Source: Sphyrna mokarran
Lineage: Eukaryota
Reading direction: 5' to 3'
NCBI GenBank assembly: GCA_024679065.1
Contig: JAGIQG010000017.1
Coordinates: 30,504,001-30,568,000 of the forward strand
DNA length: 64,000 bases
Program-made: the position numbers and the translations under genes
Notes under the pieces: generated by a model
Seen by the model: only the letters and a program-made list of their open reading frames with translations
Database searches by the model: none
What the model was told of the DNA's origin: nothing
Shown here: one piece after another, positions 11,201 through 25,214 of the stretch
Position numbering within the stretch: the stretch's first letter is position 1
Layout: every line of letters starts with the position of its first letter

Positions 11201-13731
11201 ATCATGCTGAGTGAAGATTCAGTGCACATCATTACTATAAGACGTAAATCCTCTCATCATCTCACAAGGGAAAATTGCCAGAACGTAATCTGGAATTTGC
11301 AGCATTTAAGAGCACAGCAGAGGTCAACACACTCCAGGGAAGAAACAAAAGGGACAGAATTCACTCTACTAGGGCACAAACGGACCCGGTGAGCAAAGCA
11401 CTGGTTAGCTAAGTTGACATGATCAATAGATTCATTTTTAAGCTGAAAAATAACCACAATGTTCACTCATTTACAAATGTGAGTTCAGCTCTCCTGTCAG
11501 TGGTGATCATTATTATATTTTGTTTTGTAACCATTTACAATACATGCTGATGCTTTTATTTTGTCATTAATGACCTACTAATGACCATCTCTGTTCCAGC
11601 CTCCCATTGCCAGGTACAACAACTCAGATCCACTCTGACCCTAAAGAAACCCTGCTTCACACCCCTCTGAACCCTCACATCTCCTCTCATGACAGTCGTC
11701 ACTAACTGACCATTCAAGAATATGCAATTTGGGTTCAAGACCCAGTGCTGAGATGTCTTCAGCACAACCCATCATGTAACGTGCAGCTGCATTGGTGCCG
11801 CACTCCTGACAAAGCAGATATGCTACAACACTGTGAGGCCTGAATAGTGCTGACAATGTTGTGTGCATGACAGCCCCTGCTGAAGTTCCATCATCTCACT
11901 CCACAGGAAGGTTAGCATCAGACACATTTAACTAAACATTAAAACTGCTGAGCAAATGGTTTCTTTGTGCCTACAAAGGGCAATTAAGAGAAACCATAAA
12001 GGCTCAGTCAAATGATCAGCTGGCAATATCAGCATTGACCCCGGTGTTTCCAGCCCGTCACTTAGCATTACAGTAAAACACCTAAACCTATTAACTTCAC
12101 TGGGTAAGATTGCTTCCCTGATTTACTGTTGATACCAACTGAGTACTATTAACTATGCTGTACTTGTTAGAAAAATGTTTAACTGTCACCCTGGAGGCCA
12201 TCAAGACGTTAAGCTGGTAAACCTCTCATTGATCACAAAGATAATCTAAGATGGGGCTGCATCACAAATAACATATGGAAGTTATTATCTGAAAGATCAT
12301 GGAAGTAATGTTTTCAAAATAAATTTTAAAAATGGTAAATTGCATGGCACTGTACCATGGGAGTACAAATTAAACCTAGTAAGTTAATGTAGATAAAGGA
12401 ATAACGTACATTTAAAAAACCTATTAATTAAGATGTTAGAGTGTTTAATTGATGCAATATTTATTTTCTTTGACAAAATGCTTTGGCTGAACAGTGAGAA
12501 AATATCAGGATCAATATATTGTAGAGAGTGGAAGACAAAAGGACAATATGAAGAAAAAGGATTGTTCCAAGTACCTCAAGAAGAATTACAGAGTAATGTG
12601 AGACGAGCCCAATCCTACTGACAATAGAAACTATCATATATGGTCAAGAAAGTATCAAAATGTGGACAATTATGCAGGGTTTAAATTACCATTAATTGTT
12701 AATTTGAATAATATACTTACAGCTTTGCTGAATTAAAATGTCTCTTTCCATTTCAGCTAGACCGCCAGTTCAATAGCCAGAAACTAATGGAACAGTCAGG
12801 ATTGCTAGCATTTGATCCAGAGTATCTGACTGTCTAGTTCTTTTTTCCTGGACTATTGCCACTGATGGAAATTTCTATGATTCTCTGTTGTGGAAATTAA
12901 ACCCTGCTTACGTACAGTGGCCTACAGTTTGACAGCTGCACGCCCAAATAGCAAATCTAAATGAATCAATGAACACAAACTGAGGAAAATGTAGATGTTT
13001 CCTGCAGGATGTAACAATAAGGAAAACAGAGCCACAACTGGCACAGACCAAGATAGACATGCTGACAAAAAGTATTACTTTAAAAGGAATTACCAACAGA
13101 AGTTCAAACATTGGCCAGCAGTTATGATGTTCTATTGTAAGCGGTTAAAGAGTCCCAGAGGTAATGAACACTCAAATTCATTAACCACAGAAATGACAGA
13201 TTATATCTGCTCTCAGCCAGATCAATGAATGGGACATTTCATATCTGGAAAAAAAGGCTAACATTACGTTTGCATTCTCTCATAATGACTATACTTCTGA
13301 TTGCGATAGTTAGTCTTAATTTCCCAAAATTTTCTACATTCGCGGAACAATCTATTACACTGGAAAATAGCAAATGTATATTATACAAAGAGGGAGACAG
13401 AAAGCAGAAAACTACAGGTCAATTAGCCTAACATCTGTCATCGGGAAAATGTTAGAAGGCATTATTGCAGTACACTTGGAAAAATTCAAGACAATCAGGC
13501 AGGGTCAACATGGTTTTGTGAAAGGGAAATCACGTTTAACTAATTTATTGGAGTTCTTTGACAGATTCATATGTGAATGGACAAAGGGAAATTGGTGGAT
13601 GTAGTGTATTTAGATTTCCAGCAGCATTTGATAAGATGTCACATCGAAGATTATTGTGGACAATAAACAGCTCATGGTATGGGGGTAATATGTTGGCATG
13701 GACAGAGAATTGGCTGGCTAACAGGAAACAT

Positions 13732-14125
13732 AGTACAGAGTTTTACACTCCCTCAAGGGAGCTTTTGAGGCAGGTGGAGAATGTAAAATTGGATGGATAG
13801 GATTTCAGCCAGTAATCCTCCCGCCCGAACCCAAGCACAATTTCACAGCTGGGCAGGCAGGGCCTTGGGCAGGAATCCCACCCTTTCACCACTCTCCCGC
13901 CTATCCTCAATTTTTAGGTTGACAGCAGTGGGTGTGTGTAAACTGAGAAACTGACAAAGGTATTTTCCCTATTTCGGGTGGAAAGTGTGGGGTGGGGGGA
14001 ATGCCTCAATGTGAAGACTGCCTCAGGATTGGGGTTGCCTTTCTCCCTAAGAGTTGGAACTCTGGGACCACTTCCTTCCCTAGCCTATTCCCCCAACACT
14101 TACTCACCATTCTTCAAGTCCAGAG
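13732..14125 (+). mobile_element. GC-rich DNA-transposon-like fragment nested in CR1
   Basis: Interrupts RT between WLANRKH and the VLQESVLG (PQGSVLG-like) motif. Composition and start resemble the GGGC-terminus family. Confidence 0.5.
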
Positions 14126-14809
14126 AGTTGGCAGGTCGTGATAAGTGATGTGCTACAGGAATCAGTGCTGGGCCTTTTACAATTTGCATAAATTATTTGG
14201 ATGAAAGGATTGAGCATTTGGTTGCTAAATTTGCTGATGACACAAAGATAGGTAGGAAAGTAAATTGTGAAGAGGATGTAAGGAGGCTGAAAAGGGACAG
14301 AGATAGGTTACAGTTGTGATGAAAATCTGGCAAATGCAACATAATATGGGCAAAGGTGAAATTATTCATTTAACAGGAAAAATGAAAAAGAAGCTTATTA
14401 CCTAAATGGTGAGAGATTGCAGAATTGAGTTGCAGAGGGATCTGGTTGTCCTAGCACATGAATCACAAAAGGCCAACATACATGCATAGCGAGTAATTAG
14501 GAAAGTTAATAGAACATTATCATTTGTTTTCAGTGCCCTTCACAATAAAAGTAGGGAGCTTCTACAGGGCAATGATGAAACCACATTTAGAGTGTTGTAT
14601 ACATTATTGGTCTCCTTAATTATGGAAAGATGTAATTGCATTAGAAGCCATTCAGAGAACATTTACTGGGTGGATACCAGGAATGGGCGGATTGTCTTTT
14701 GGTGAATGGTCGCACAAGTTTGGCTTATATCCAGTTGAATTTAGAAGAGGCAAATTGATCAAAACCTTTAAAATCCTGTAGAATATTGACAGGGTAAATG
14801 TGGAGAACA

Positions 14810-15106
14810 TCACAGAATCTACAGTGTAGAAGAAGGCCAATAAGCCCATCGAGTCTACACCAACTACAATCCCACTGAGGCCCTATTCCACTAACCCCCA
14901 CATGTTTACCCTCCTAATCTCCCTGACACTAAGGGTCAATTTAGCGTGGCCAATCAACCTATCCCAAACATCTTTGGACTGTGAGAGGAAACTGGAGCAC
15001 CCAGAGGAAACCCATGCAGACACAGGGAGAATGTGAAAACTCCACACATTGGAATTGAACCCGGGTCTCCAGCATTGTGAGGCAGCAGTGCTAAGACTGT
15101 GCCATG
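14810..15106 (-). mobile_element. HE1-type SINE (tail A) nested in CR1
   Basis: Full head, V-domain and tail on the minus strand, splitting CR1 sequence GTAAATGTGGAGAA|...|TTCCCCTTGTGGGAGAATCTAGAAC. Confidence 0.88.
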
Positions 15107-16829
15107 CAATAATTCCCCTTGTGGGAGAATCTAGAACTAGAGGTCACTGTTTAAAAAGTAAAGGAAGGCTCATTTAAGATGGAGATGAGGAGAATTTTAT
15201 TTTCTCACAGAGTTGAGAGTCTTTGGAACTTTCTTCTTCTAAAGGCAGTGGAAACAGAGTCTTTGAATATTTTTAAGGAAGAGCTAGATAGATTCTTGAT
15301 TAACAAAGGGATGAATGGATATTGGGGATGGGCAGGGACGTGTAGTAGAGGTCACAATCAGATCAGCCATGATCTTATTGAATGACAGAAAAGGCTCAAA
15401 GCACTGAGTGGCCTTCTCCTACTTCTAATTTGGATATTCACATGATCCACGGAACAACTTTAACGTTCGTTTACAAGAGGTTGCAGTTCATTTGGATACT
15501 TTTGTTGCAGTTGAAGGGAGAATTCATGAGGTGAGCTAAGGTAATTAATGATTGAAGAGTAAATGGAGAAAACATACATATTGAATGAGAGTGACAATTG
15601 CATATCTTACTTAAAACAAGTACATGGGCATAGCAACAAAGTAGCCACAGAACATTAACATGCCAGATCCACCTAAACCTAAGACCCTGCTGTTAAAAAT
15701 AAACTTAAGGATCAGGTAGTAGATTAGTGTGATTTATTTTCAATCTGTCAATACTTATTAATGTTAATTTAAAAATGTCCAACTGAGACATCCACCAGGT
15801 CTACTGCGTCAGACCCTGCCAAGATACATCTCAGATATGTGCTGGGAATTTTTGCTGAGCTAATTAATTGACTGCATTTAACAGTTTGCCAAACGTACAC
15901 ATGACGGTCTTCTGGGACTTCGACTTATTGGGACTATCAAACAACCAAAAGACAAACTGCCATCATAAAAGGATTGTAAATAAAACAAATGCATTGATCA
16001 GTTATCACACATGGTACTGAACTCTTGTGGATGACTTTGTAGCAACGTAAAACCAACCAGACATACTATATGTTCTACGATAGGAATACCCTCAGTTATA
16101 CATTTGCCACATTGGTGCACAGATGGGCTGCGATGTAACCGTGCTCTACATTAAACCAGCACATAGAGGCAATCAGCAGAACAGCGTATAGAGCATAATA
16201 CATTAGCAGGGTCTGAAGGAATGGTAGGCATAGGGCTTTTACATCTGTAAGAGCTAATTCCCTGGGGCAATGTTGCACACTTCATGATTCCACAAGCCCA
16301 AATTTTAAACAAAAATCTGAATGCAAGATAAATATTGGGCCAGACAAAATAAGGAAATCCTGTCACTTTAATCAAGTCCTCTATCCGCACCAGTTCTGCC
16401 TCAGTCAGCTTTTTCATTAAGAATGTTTGTCTTTGCAAATGTTTCTGCAGAGGCGACAGCACAACACTGAAAAGCCATCCGCTGAGAAGCTAATGAATAA
16501 TTGTATGGCATGGACGATGATTCACTTTGCTACATGCCGGCAGTGCTTTGCCATTTACTGAGCACGCATCTGCATTAACTAAACTTGCAATGCTCGGTAG
16601 GTGCTGCGTCAAATCAGCTGTTTTTCATGATTAGTTCATGTCTGTTTTCACACCTTCCGATTATTGATCGCTCCTGGGTGCAAAACAAAAAAAAAAATCA
16701 GATTTCTCGAGTATTGGAGTACTTGTATGAGAAAGAGACTTGGTAAAGACATGGAAATGGAATTACTCTCGAATGGCTTTCGTTTAGCTAGGAGTAAAGA
16801 TTCCTCTGGGTACCATGTTTGTCTTTTAT

Positions 16830-17135
16830 TGATGTTTAGTGTGTGAAAGTCGCAGGCAATGCCACATTTCCAGCTGCCTTGAGAAAGTGGTGGTGACAAA
16901 CCTTCAGAGGGCAATGGTCTGAGTGTATGACTTAAGTTACAAAAAGGCCAGAACCTTGAGGGCATTTGTTTGCATTCTTTAAAGGAGATTGATGAACCAG
17001 ATGGGTTTCTTAGCTGCTTCTTCTCTAACAGTGGTATTTTTATTTCTAACTCGGTCCAAGTTCTCAACCTGCCATGGTAGAGTTTGAATTCATGTGCTCT
17101 AGATTATTAGGGTAGGCTTCTAGTTTACTGATGTG
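16830..17135 (-). mobile_element. Degenerate SINE (family also at 20495-20865)
   Basis: GCCTTGAGAAAGTGGTGGTGA...GATGAACCAGATGGGTTT...CTGCCATGGTAGAGTTTGAATTCATG...ATTATTAG. Confidence 0.6.
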
Positions 17136-17774
17136 GTAGCATTCACACAATCTTACTCAGATGTAACTATGCTCTAAATATATGAATGATCAATCTCTCT
17201 TACTGGAATGTCCATGTGTTGACGTGTAATAAAACAGCACTTTGATGTTGAGATGCTGGCGCTGGCACTGGACTGGGGTGGGCATAGTAAGAAGTCTCAC
17301 AGCAAGAAAACAACACTTCCATAGTTTAAGAGAATTCTTCTTTGAACCTTTTTGCTTCAGGGACATTGGGCAGAATGTTCCCATATTTTTTCAGTGCCGG
17401 AAAGAGAAAACTGGGAAGAATTCAACCTGTGCCAATGGGAACGCTCACCAAATATTCAGCCTCCTGAACAATTAATTTTCCCAAGTGGTTCATACTGTGC
17501 TTTTGCTTCTGATTCACTCAACTCAGGAAAACCTAACCTCTGCAATCAGCTCCTTTTAAATACCTCCCTAGCACATGTTCCTGTCCCGTCGGGGCAAAGC
17601 TGCCATGAAGACAGCACCATGTTTCAAACTTCTGGATGGTGTTGAATGGAGGCATGGCATCCTCTACTCATGGTTAGCCAGCAAGCAAAGTCACCAACCC
17701 TGCAGGGAGGCTATGGTCACAATAAAGAGTGTCAACTTGCTCCTCAAGAGGACAGAGCTAGAAAGCCAAAAGTA

Positions 17775-18081
17775 GGGTGACAAGGTGGCACAGTGGCTAG
17801 CACTGTTGCCTCACAGCTCTAGGGACTCGTGTTCAATTCCTGGCCTCGAGTCACTGTCTGTACGGAGCTTGCACATTCTCCCCACATCTGCATGGGTTTT
17901 CTCTGGATGCTCCGGTTTCCTGCCAAAGATATGCAGATTAAATTGACTGGCCATGAAAAATTGCCCCTTAGTGTCAGGGGGTTAGTAGGGTAAATAAATT
18001 ATGGGAATAGGGACTAGATGGGATTGTGGTTGGTGTAAACTCAATGGACTGAATGGCCTTCTTCTGCCCTGTAGGGATTCT
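17775..18081 (+). mobile_element. HE1-type SINE (tail A)
   Basis: GGTGGCACAGTGGCTAGCACTGTTGCCTCACAG...GTTCAATTCC...GAATGGCCTTCTTCTGCCCTGTAGGGATTCT. Confidence 0.9.
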
Positions 18082-19019
18082 AAGAAGATGAGTGACCTTC
18101 ACTGTGCAGTCAGGGTAAGCCTGCCTCCTCACTTCCTTCACCATACAGATCCTCCACAATATCATAACATGGTGCCAATGCTCCATAAACCCCTGGATAA
18201 ACTTGGCACTTCATCCCTGTGCACAGTGAGAATGGCAGAGCAATGTCTTTCCCCCACTGACAATGCAGCAAAGCTGTTCCATGTCTGGCATGGGCCTTCC
18301 AAACCCTCCCACTCAATCTCCCATCCATGGAAGATTCACCCCGCCCCCGCCATACCAACATCAATGCTCAGTCCTGTCATCCTATTCACTGGCAGGCCAT
18401 GTTCATGCCTCTGTCAACAGCAGTCAGACATTTCATAAAGGATAAGAGGACCACTTCTCTGTCCTCACTGCAAGTCATTATCATTTGCTCTCCTACAGCA
18501 TCCAGCCAATCACTTTAATGCCCATCCCATGAATGTAGGCACCATCAGGATCACCTCTCAAAGGCACCACAGTAATGAACAGATATAAGTCTCCCATGTG
18601 GGAGAGCTCTTCACACCCTAGTTCTAGTCATCACCAAACTGAGGGCATTTCTTGCCGTGTACCCATGCATGTCCTAGCCATCACCAGAGGTCCTTTCTCA
18701 TCCTCCACTGTGGGTCACCCCTCGCCGCCCTCTTTGACATCCTCCTTATCAACTGTGACTTTCAGGACCACAGGCAATGAGTGATTTCCCAGTCCATGTG
18801 CTGTCACCTCTTACATCATCTGGCTCAGTGGGTCCATCATTTCCCAGGACAGACAGTCTTCTCCAGCACTGGACTTCTGATATCTGGAGGTAGGAAGTTC
18901 AAGAGTGGTAGACCCAGGGCCAGTAGTGTCTCCTCAGAGGCTCTGACATCTGTGGATTCTGCTCCCAAAAGAACAGCAACCAGCATCCCAGCTGCACATC
19001 TGGATCCCCCCTATCCTCT

Positions 19020-19775
19020 TTTAATTTGATTTATTGTCACATGCATACAGTGAAAAGCATTGTTTCTTGCATGCTGTACAGACAGAGCATACCATTCATA
19101 GAGACAGAAAGGACAGAGTGTAGAATGTAGTATTACAGTCATAGCTAGGATGTAGAGCAAGATCAACTTAATGCAAGTTAAGTGCCATTCAAAAGTCTGA
19201 TGGCTGCAGGGAAGTGTTGGTTGGTACATGTCCTCAGACTTTTGTATCATTTTCCAATGAAAGATGGAACAGAGAATGTCCGGGGCACATGGGGTCCTTA
19301 ATTATGCTGGCTGCTTTGCTGAGGCAGTGGAAAGTGTATACAGACTCTAAGTATGGGGGGCTGGTTTGAATGATGGATTGGGCTACAAACATGACCTTTT
19401 GTAGTTCGTTGTGGTCTTGGACAGAACAGGAGCCATGCTAAGCTGTGATACAATCAGAAAGAATACTTTCTATGGTGCATCTATAAAAGTTAGTGAGAAT
19501 TGTAGCTGACATGCCAAATCTCCTTAGTCTTCTGAGAAAGGTGTTGATGGGTGTCTTAACAATGGGGTCAGTATGGGAGACCTGGATACCTAAAGATATT
19601 AAGCTCTCAACCCTTTTTCTTCATTTCCCTTGATGCAGACGGGGCGTGTTTTCCTTTACACTTCCTGAAGTCGATGACAATCTCCTTCGTTTTGTTGACA
19701 TTGAGGGAAACAAACTGGTGATTGTTGTCGCACCAGTTCACCAAATTCTCTATGGCATGCCTGTACTCTGGTGTC
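19020..19775 (-). mobile_element. Rex1/Babar-type LINE 3' fragment
   Basis: EYRHAIENLVNWCDNN..LNVNKTKEIVIDFRK is the post-YADD RT motif of Rex-Babar/L2-group elements. Ends with a GTGACAATAAATCAAA tail. Confidence 0.8.
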
Positions 19776-20494
19776 CCCTTTGCAATTGGCATTCTGGAGG
19801 GTGGTGGAGGTGAGATTGCCAGGTTCTTGTTTTGATAAAGCTGTTGTAAATTCCGCTGGACTAACGTCTTGCCAGTGCTCAGTGAATATTCGGGGGTGGG
19901 TGTCCCAGCAGGAGGACTTGCTAATAAGATGCTAATGTGTTTAAATTAGGTTCCTGACATTCTGAGGAGGGATTCCAGATCGCACATATTGACACAGACA
20001 TCGAGGGATTCCAAGTCAGTGAGGGCTTTGGAAAGTTCAGAATTGTGATCTCGGCATTAAGAATCATGTTTTCTGATTTTTGCCATTCTTTGCGCCCATG
20101 TTGATGTGTTTGCTGACGGCTAAGGCAGACTGAAAATCACCATCATTAGTTTCCAAACTTTACCTCAGTTATCGTGTTGTCATACTTGAAACCAGTTTGG
20201 TGAATTAGCTTAGGGTATTCTTGCATTTCTCAGCTCCATTCTAAATTACAGCCTGGAAACTTTGAATAACATTGTGCTACACTAATTTCAAAGTGCACTC
20301 ATACACTAATGTTTCCCTTGAGTTAAGTTTTTACGAGTGAATTTTTAGTTTACACTAGTTCTGCTCGTCAGTTATCCCATGTAATAGCTCAAGATGGATT
20401 CAACTCGTTAGGATCCCCAGTTGTAATTTGCTGCAATTTTGTAGAATTAGATACGTAGAGACAGAAATTCATTTCTAGGGTACGCTATCTCGGT

Positions 20495-20865
20495 AGTTAC
20501 GTTACTGGTGTAGCAATCTAGGACGGTCAGGACTAATAATGCAGTAAATGAGAATTCAAATTCTAATGAGGCACAAAAAGTCTGCATTTAATTATCAAAA
20601 TAAAAAGTGGATATCAGTAAAACTGACCATAATAAAGTTGTTGGATTGGTAATAAAGCCGAACTGGTTCACTAAAGTGCTTTTGGAAGGAAACATATTGC
20701 TCTTATCTGACAGACCTGTCTGTCAGGCCAGCTGCACATCAACGTGATTTCTATAACAGCCCTGAGAAGTGGCCTAACAAGCATCAAAACGATGGACCAC
20801 TTCCTCAGGGAACTGGAAAAAAGCAATACCAGCCTTGCCCGCAATACCTATATTCAGAGAATGCA
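20495..20865 (+). mobile_element. Degenerate SINE with LINE-like tail
   Basis: GTTACTGG...TAATAAT...TTCAAATT head, CTGGTTCACTAA...GGAAGGAAA core, and CCAGCCTTGCC...CTATATTC tail. Confidence 0.6.
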
Positions 20866-20907
20866 CGTTAACAACACTGTGACCTTAAAATAATAACAAA
20901 TAAAAGT

Positions 20908-21016
20908 CTCCTCAGTGTACCCAAACAGGCGTTGGAGTGTGGTGACTAGGGGATTTTCACAGTAACTTCACAGCAATGTTAATGTAAGCCTACTTGTGAC
21001 ACTAATAAGTAAACTT
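20908..21016 (+). mobile_element. Isolated tail-B fragment
   Basis: CCTCAGTGTACCCAAACAGGCGTTGGAGTGTGGTGACTAGGGGATTTTCACAGTAACTTC...GCCTACTTGTGACACTAATAA. Confidence 0.8.
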
Positions 21017-21354
21017 AAAAATAAAACTAATGTCAAAGTAATACTCAGCTATCTAGACGTGAGCTCCCAGTTTGTGTTTGACTCCTTCAAATTTTAAGGC
21101 AGAGAATGATTTTCTCAGATTATATTTTCTTGACAAAATTCTTCCTTTTTCTCATGAAGATGGTAGGACATGTTGGGAAAGAGTTTCAAAGCGTGCCTGC
21201 ACCATCTCTCACATAATTCACTCAGGTTTTCAATCACACGGCTTCAACACTATACTTTAGCAGGTAATCTCACAACAGAAGGCCACTGTGGCTGAATCTG
21301 ATCTTATCCCAAAATTAAATCCATAAATCCTTTCTTTTCCTGCTGGAGTCATTT

Positions 21355-23030
21355 GAACATATTAATTAGGAGCCATTCAGCCTCTCGGCCCTGCTCTGTC
21401 AATCAATAAGATCTGCTGGTGGCCTCAATTCCACTTGCCTTCCTACTCCTTAAGACTCCTGTCTTAATCAAAATTTCTCCAACTCAGCCTTAAAAATATT
21501 AATTGACATGGCAAAACACCCTTTCAGCATTCACTTTGTCAAGACTCTGCAGGATCTTTTATGTTTCAATAAGATCCCCTCTTAATCTTCTAAACTTCAA
21601 TGGATACAAGCTCAACCTGTCCAATCTTTCCTCCTTGGATAACCCCCTTATTCCAGGAATCAGTCAATGAACCTTCTCTGAACAGCTTCAAATGCAATTA
21701 TATCCTTTCTTAAATAAGAAGACCAAAACTTTACAGAGGACACCAAACATGGTATCACCAGCATCCTGCAAAACCCCTTCTTTTATATTTCATTCCCCTT
21801 GCAATTAACAACACCATTTCATTTGCCTCCAAAAGAGAAAATGCTGGAAAATCTCAGCAGGTCTGGCCGCATCTGTAGGAGGAGAAAAAAGTCTAAATGA
21901 CCCTTTGTCAAAGCTAGCCATTTGCTTTTCTAATTACTTGCTGTGTCTGCAAACATTCTGTGATTTATATATCAGGATGCCCAGGACACACTGTATCACA
22001 AAATTCTACAATTTCTGTCCATATAAATATATGCTGCTTCTTGCCAAAGTGGGCAAGTTTATATTTTTCCATATATATTCCAACTGCCAAATTGTTGCCA
22101 ATTACTTAATCTGTTTATACTGCTTTGCAGCCTCCTCACGTTCTTGTCACACTTACTTTCCAACATTTAGTAATTCCAACATTTACATTTAGTAACCATG
22201 CACACAGTCCCACGAATTACTTACACAGATTGGAAATAATTGAGGCTCCAACACTGATACCTTTGGCAATCCACTCACTAAGCCTACAACAATTTCATGT
22301 TGGCTCACCAATCCTCTATCCAGACTACTTTGTTACCCCCAACACGTTCCCCACCTCCTCACCCTCTACACACATACCATGTAATCTTAGCTTGTGTGGC
22401 ACCTTATATGTGGCACTTTGTTAAATGTCTTCTGGAAATCTAAGTACACCACATTCACAGGTTCATCTTTATCTATGTTACTTGTTACTTTTTCAAAGAA
22501 CTCTAATAAATTAGTCAAATACAATTTCTCTTTCACAAAACCATGTTGACTCTGCCTGATTGCATTGAGAGGTTTCAAGTGTCCTGCTATAATAGACTGT
22601 CAGATATTAAGCTAACTGGCCTATACTTTCATACTTTCGATTTTGCTTCATTCTAGAATAGAGGAGTTGCATTCATTGTTTTTTCAGTCTGATAGAACCT
22701 TTCCAGAATCTGGGAATTTTGAAAAATTAAAATCAATGCATCTACTTTCTCAACAGCTTCTTTCAAAGCCCAAGGATGAAGAATATTTGGGCCTGGACAC
22801 TTGTCAGTTTTTAACAGTCTCAATTTTCCTCAGTATCTTTTTCCCCTGGTGACTGAAGTTGTTTTAAGTTTCTGCTGCCCCTTCACCTTACAGTGGGACA
22901 GGTGCAGAATATCTGTTCAATTCATTCAGTCACCATTTCCTTATTTTCCATGATGAGTTCCCCAGACTTATTCTGTGGGGGACAAATAATCACTTTACTC
23001 ACTCATTTCCTTTTTAAATACCTGTCGAAA
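21355..23030 (-). mobile_element. Decayed CR1 LINE RT/3' region; Penelope-like half-palindrome inserted at ~21830-21916
   Basis: IRQSQHGFVKEKLYLTNLLEFFEKVTSNIDKDEPVNVVYLDFQKTFNKVPH (22387-22578). CR1 tail near 21355-21420. Confidence 0.88.
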
Positions 23031-23894
23031 CCTTTACAGAAGCAAGAAACCCAGCCAATTCAACCTCCCCTCTACTTTAGCCTCGAACATTCAGAGTAAT
23101 TATGAAACTCTCAGCACAATCCCCAACACAGACTAAAGCTTCCAACTATAGAATTCAGTTGCACATCAGTTGAAGTATTTACTCACAGAGACTCTGCTGG
23201 TGTATTTTTTCTCGTCCATGTTCAGTTAAGTTTTCTCGTTGAAAGTTCTGAATGGCATTAATAGCCAATTTTTGTCACAAAAGCCTGGATTCTACAGTCT
23301 CTGATGCAAGCAGATTTGCGTCAAAAGTAAATTCATTTACTGGCCATCAAGAATAAAATCCTCAAGCTCATAATTTCAAAGGGATAGCCACAGCAGAGTC
23401 ATGGAGGAAAAAGTGAATATTCCAGTTCGAAATATCTGGAATATAGGATTAAACAGAATATTTAATTGCTTTTGGCAAAGTAAAAACTATGCTGCATTGC
23501 AAACTAATTGGTTAGAATTGGACTTGGGACCCTTGAGTTTGCTAACTTTCAAAATGCTTACACAGCATTTATTGTGCTCCATCAGTAGGTTCTTGTTTAT
23601 TTAACAGGGTGAGGTTAGTATAAGCACAGTACATTTCTGCCCAATTAAGCCTTTTTATCTTTTCGTTGACTGCAACCTATTGAACTCAAATCTTTCCTTT
23701 TCACTTTGGTAGCAGGTTAGCATCAACTGAAGGATCGATTTGGGAAAAAAAAAAATCGATTCCCACCAAGGATATCCGTTCCTCACACTCTGGAGAGGAT
23801 GGAGCCCAGCCTCGCCTTGTACTGTTATGATTGAATATCACACATTTGTCATTAGTGGCGTGTTATTCTTCAGGTAACTAGTTATCAATAAAAA

Positions 23895-24135
23895 GAGGTA
23901 CAAATTTATATAGTGCCTTTCACACTCTTGGAATATCTCAAATGCTTCTAAATCGTGAGTTACATGAGTTCACTTCTAAGTCAATGAATCACATTAGAAT
24001 AGTACTTACTCTGATTATGTAGGCAAGTGCAACAGTTAAGAATTCACAAACATCAATGAGATAAATAGTTGCTTTGGTGTTTTTAGAAGAACTTCCTGCT
24101 CTTCTTCCAACAGTGTGACATTATATGTCATCCTA
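23895..24135 (-). mobile_element. Very degenerate Deu-type SINE 3' part
   Basis: ATTTATATAGTGCCTTTCAC...TCTCAAATGCTT...TTCACAAACATCAATGAGATAAAT. Matches the copy at 39583. Confidence 0.5.
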
Positions 24136-24719
24136 AGTGGCCACCAGTCTCCCTTTCATCAACACAGGCAGTGCTGACACTGCACAAAGTGCGTGCATTA
24201 AACCATTCAGAATCTACATTCAATGATCTCATATGGGATAACCAATTATGTGGAATGCAAGTGGAAAACTTCACGTGCTATGTCTTTTGAAGCATTACAA
24301 TGTATTTCAAACTGATTTATTCAGTCTGTTTAATAGTTAGTAAGACCCAGTATTGAATACGCAGTATCCTGTTCAGAATACTGGACCTACCAAACAACAT
24401 GTAACCAGAAGTTCAATAAATTAGCACTCTCTTCTCATGCCTAGTCTACCTCAGGTGAGCTTGAAGACCAAGATGTCTCAAAAGTTTGAGCAACATGTGA
24501 AGCTATTATTATGCAATAGCAACACAAGTGGTATTCCCCACTAACAAAAATCTGCTGTCAAGCGAAACAGATGTTCTGCAGATCACACAAATGTCTAACG
24601 TGGTAGATGAATTTCAGTGACAGTGTGATGTCAGGTATGTAGGCCATACATCCCAAAGACTGGTGGATTGTATCAAATGGCATATCACTTTGGGGATATA
24701 GAATAGACAAAATATTGCA

Positions 24720-24997
24720 CAGCAGCACAGTGGTTAGCACTGTGACCTCACAACACCAGGCATCTGGATTTGATTCCCAGCTTAGGTGACTGTCCATGTG
24801 GAGTTTGTACATTTTCCCGTATATATGTAGGTTTGCTCTGGTTTCCTTCCACAGTCTGAAAGATATACTGGTTAGATGGATTGACCATGCCGAATTCTCC
24901 CTCAGTGTACCTGAACAGGCGCCAGAGTATGGCAACTAGGGATTTTCACAGTAATTTCATTGCAGTGTTAATGGATAATTAATTAATAAACTTTACT
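24720..24997 (+). mobile_element. HE1-type SINE, tail B
   Basis: GCACAGTGGTTAGCACTG...TTTGATTCC...GGCGCCAGAGTATGGCAACTAGGGATTTTCACAGTAATTTCATTGCAGTGTTAATG. Confidence 0.88.
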
Positions 24998-25214
24998 TTT
25001 TTATTTGCAAAACTCAAAAACATAAAACCCAACATTAAATCTGATTCTACGACTGGACAACACTTGTTAAATGATCCCGAATGTGATAAGAATTACACTG
25101 AAAGCCAAATTATCAGTTGGCCTTGCAGCAATGCTCACGTGCACATGTTAGAAACTACATTTATTCAGACCATTCTCTGCAGACAGAAGGAACACGTTTA
25201 CACATTGCATCTTT

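Larger units (their letters stand above)
13320..15428 (+). mobile_element. CR1 LINE 3' half (RT domain to 3' tail) with nested insertions
   Basis: ENYRSISLTSVIGKMLE, QHGFVKGKSRLTNLLEFF, AFDKMSH, KFADDTKIG, RVESLWNFL, then the CR1 tail GATCAGCCATGATCTTATTGAATG...GGCCTTCTCCTACTTCTAAT. Confidence 0.92.
17368..20140 (+). mobile_element. Decayed Harbinger/PIF-like DNA transposon with Myb/SANT-like ORF remnant, carrying nested SINE and LINE
   Basis: Starts GGGCAGAATGTTCC. Remnant APCF..LLDGVEWRHGILY...KRT...[SINE]...KKMSDL.CAVR|GTAAG resembles the Myb/SANT-like DNA-binding protein of Harbingers. GC-rich, with a degenerate right terminus near 20140. Confidence 0.5.

Noticed and set aside
17974-19029. 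Dense overlapping ORFs up to 145 aa
   Set aside because: GC-rich decayed transposon and SINE sequence with no coherent gene structure.
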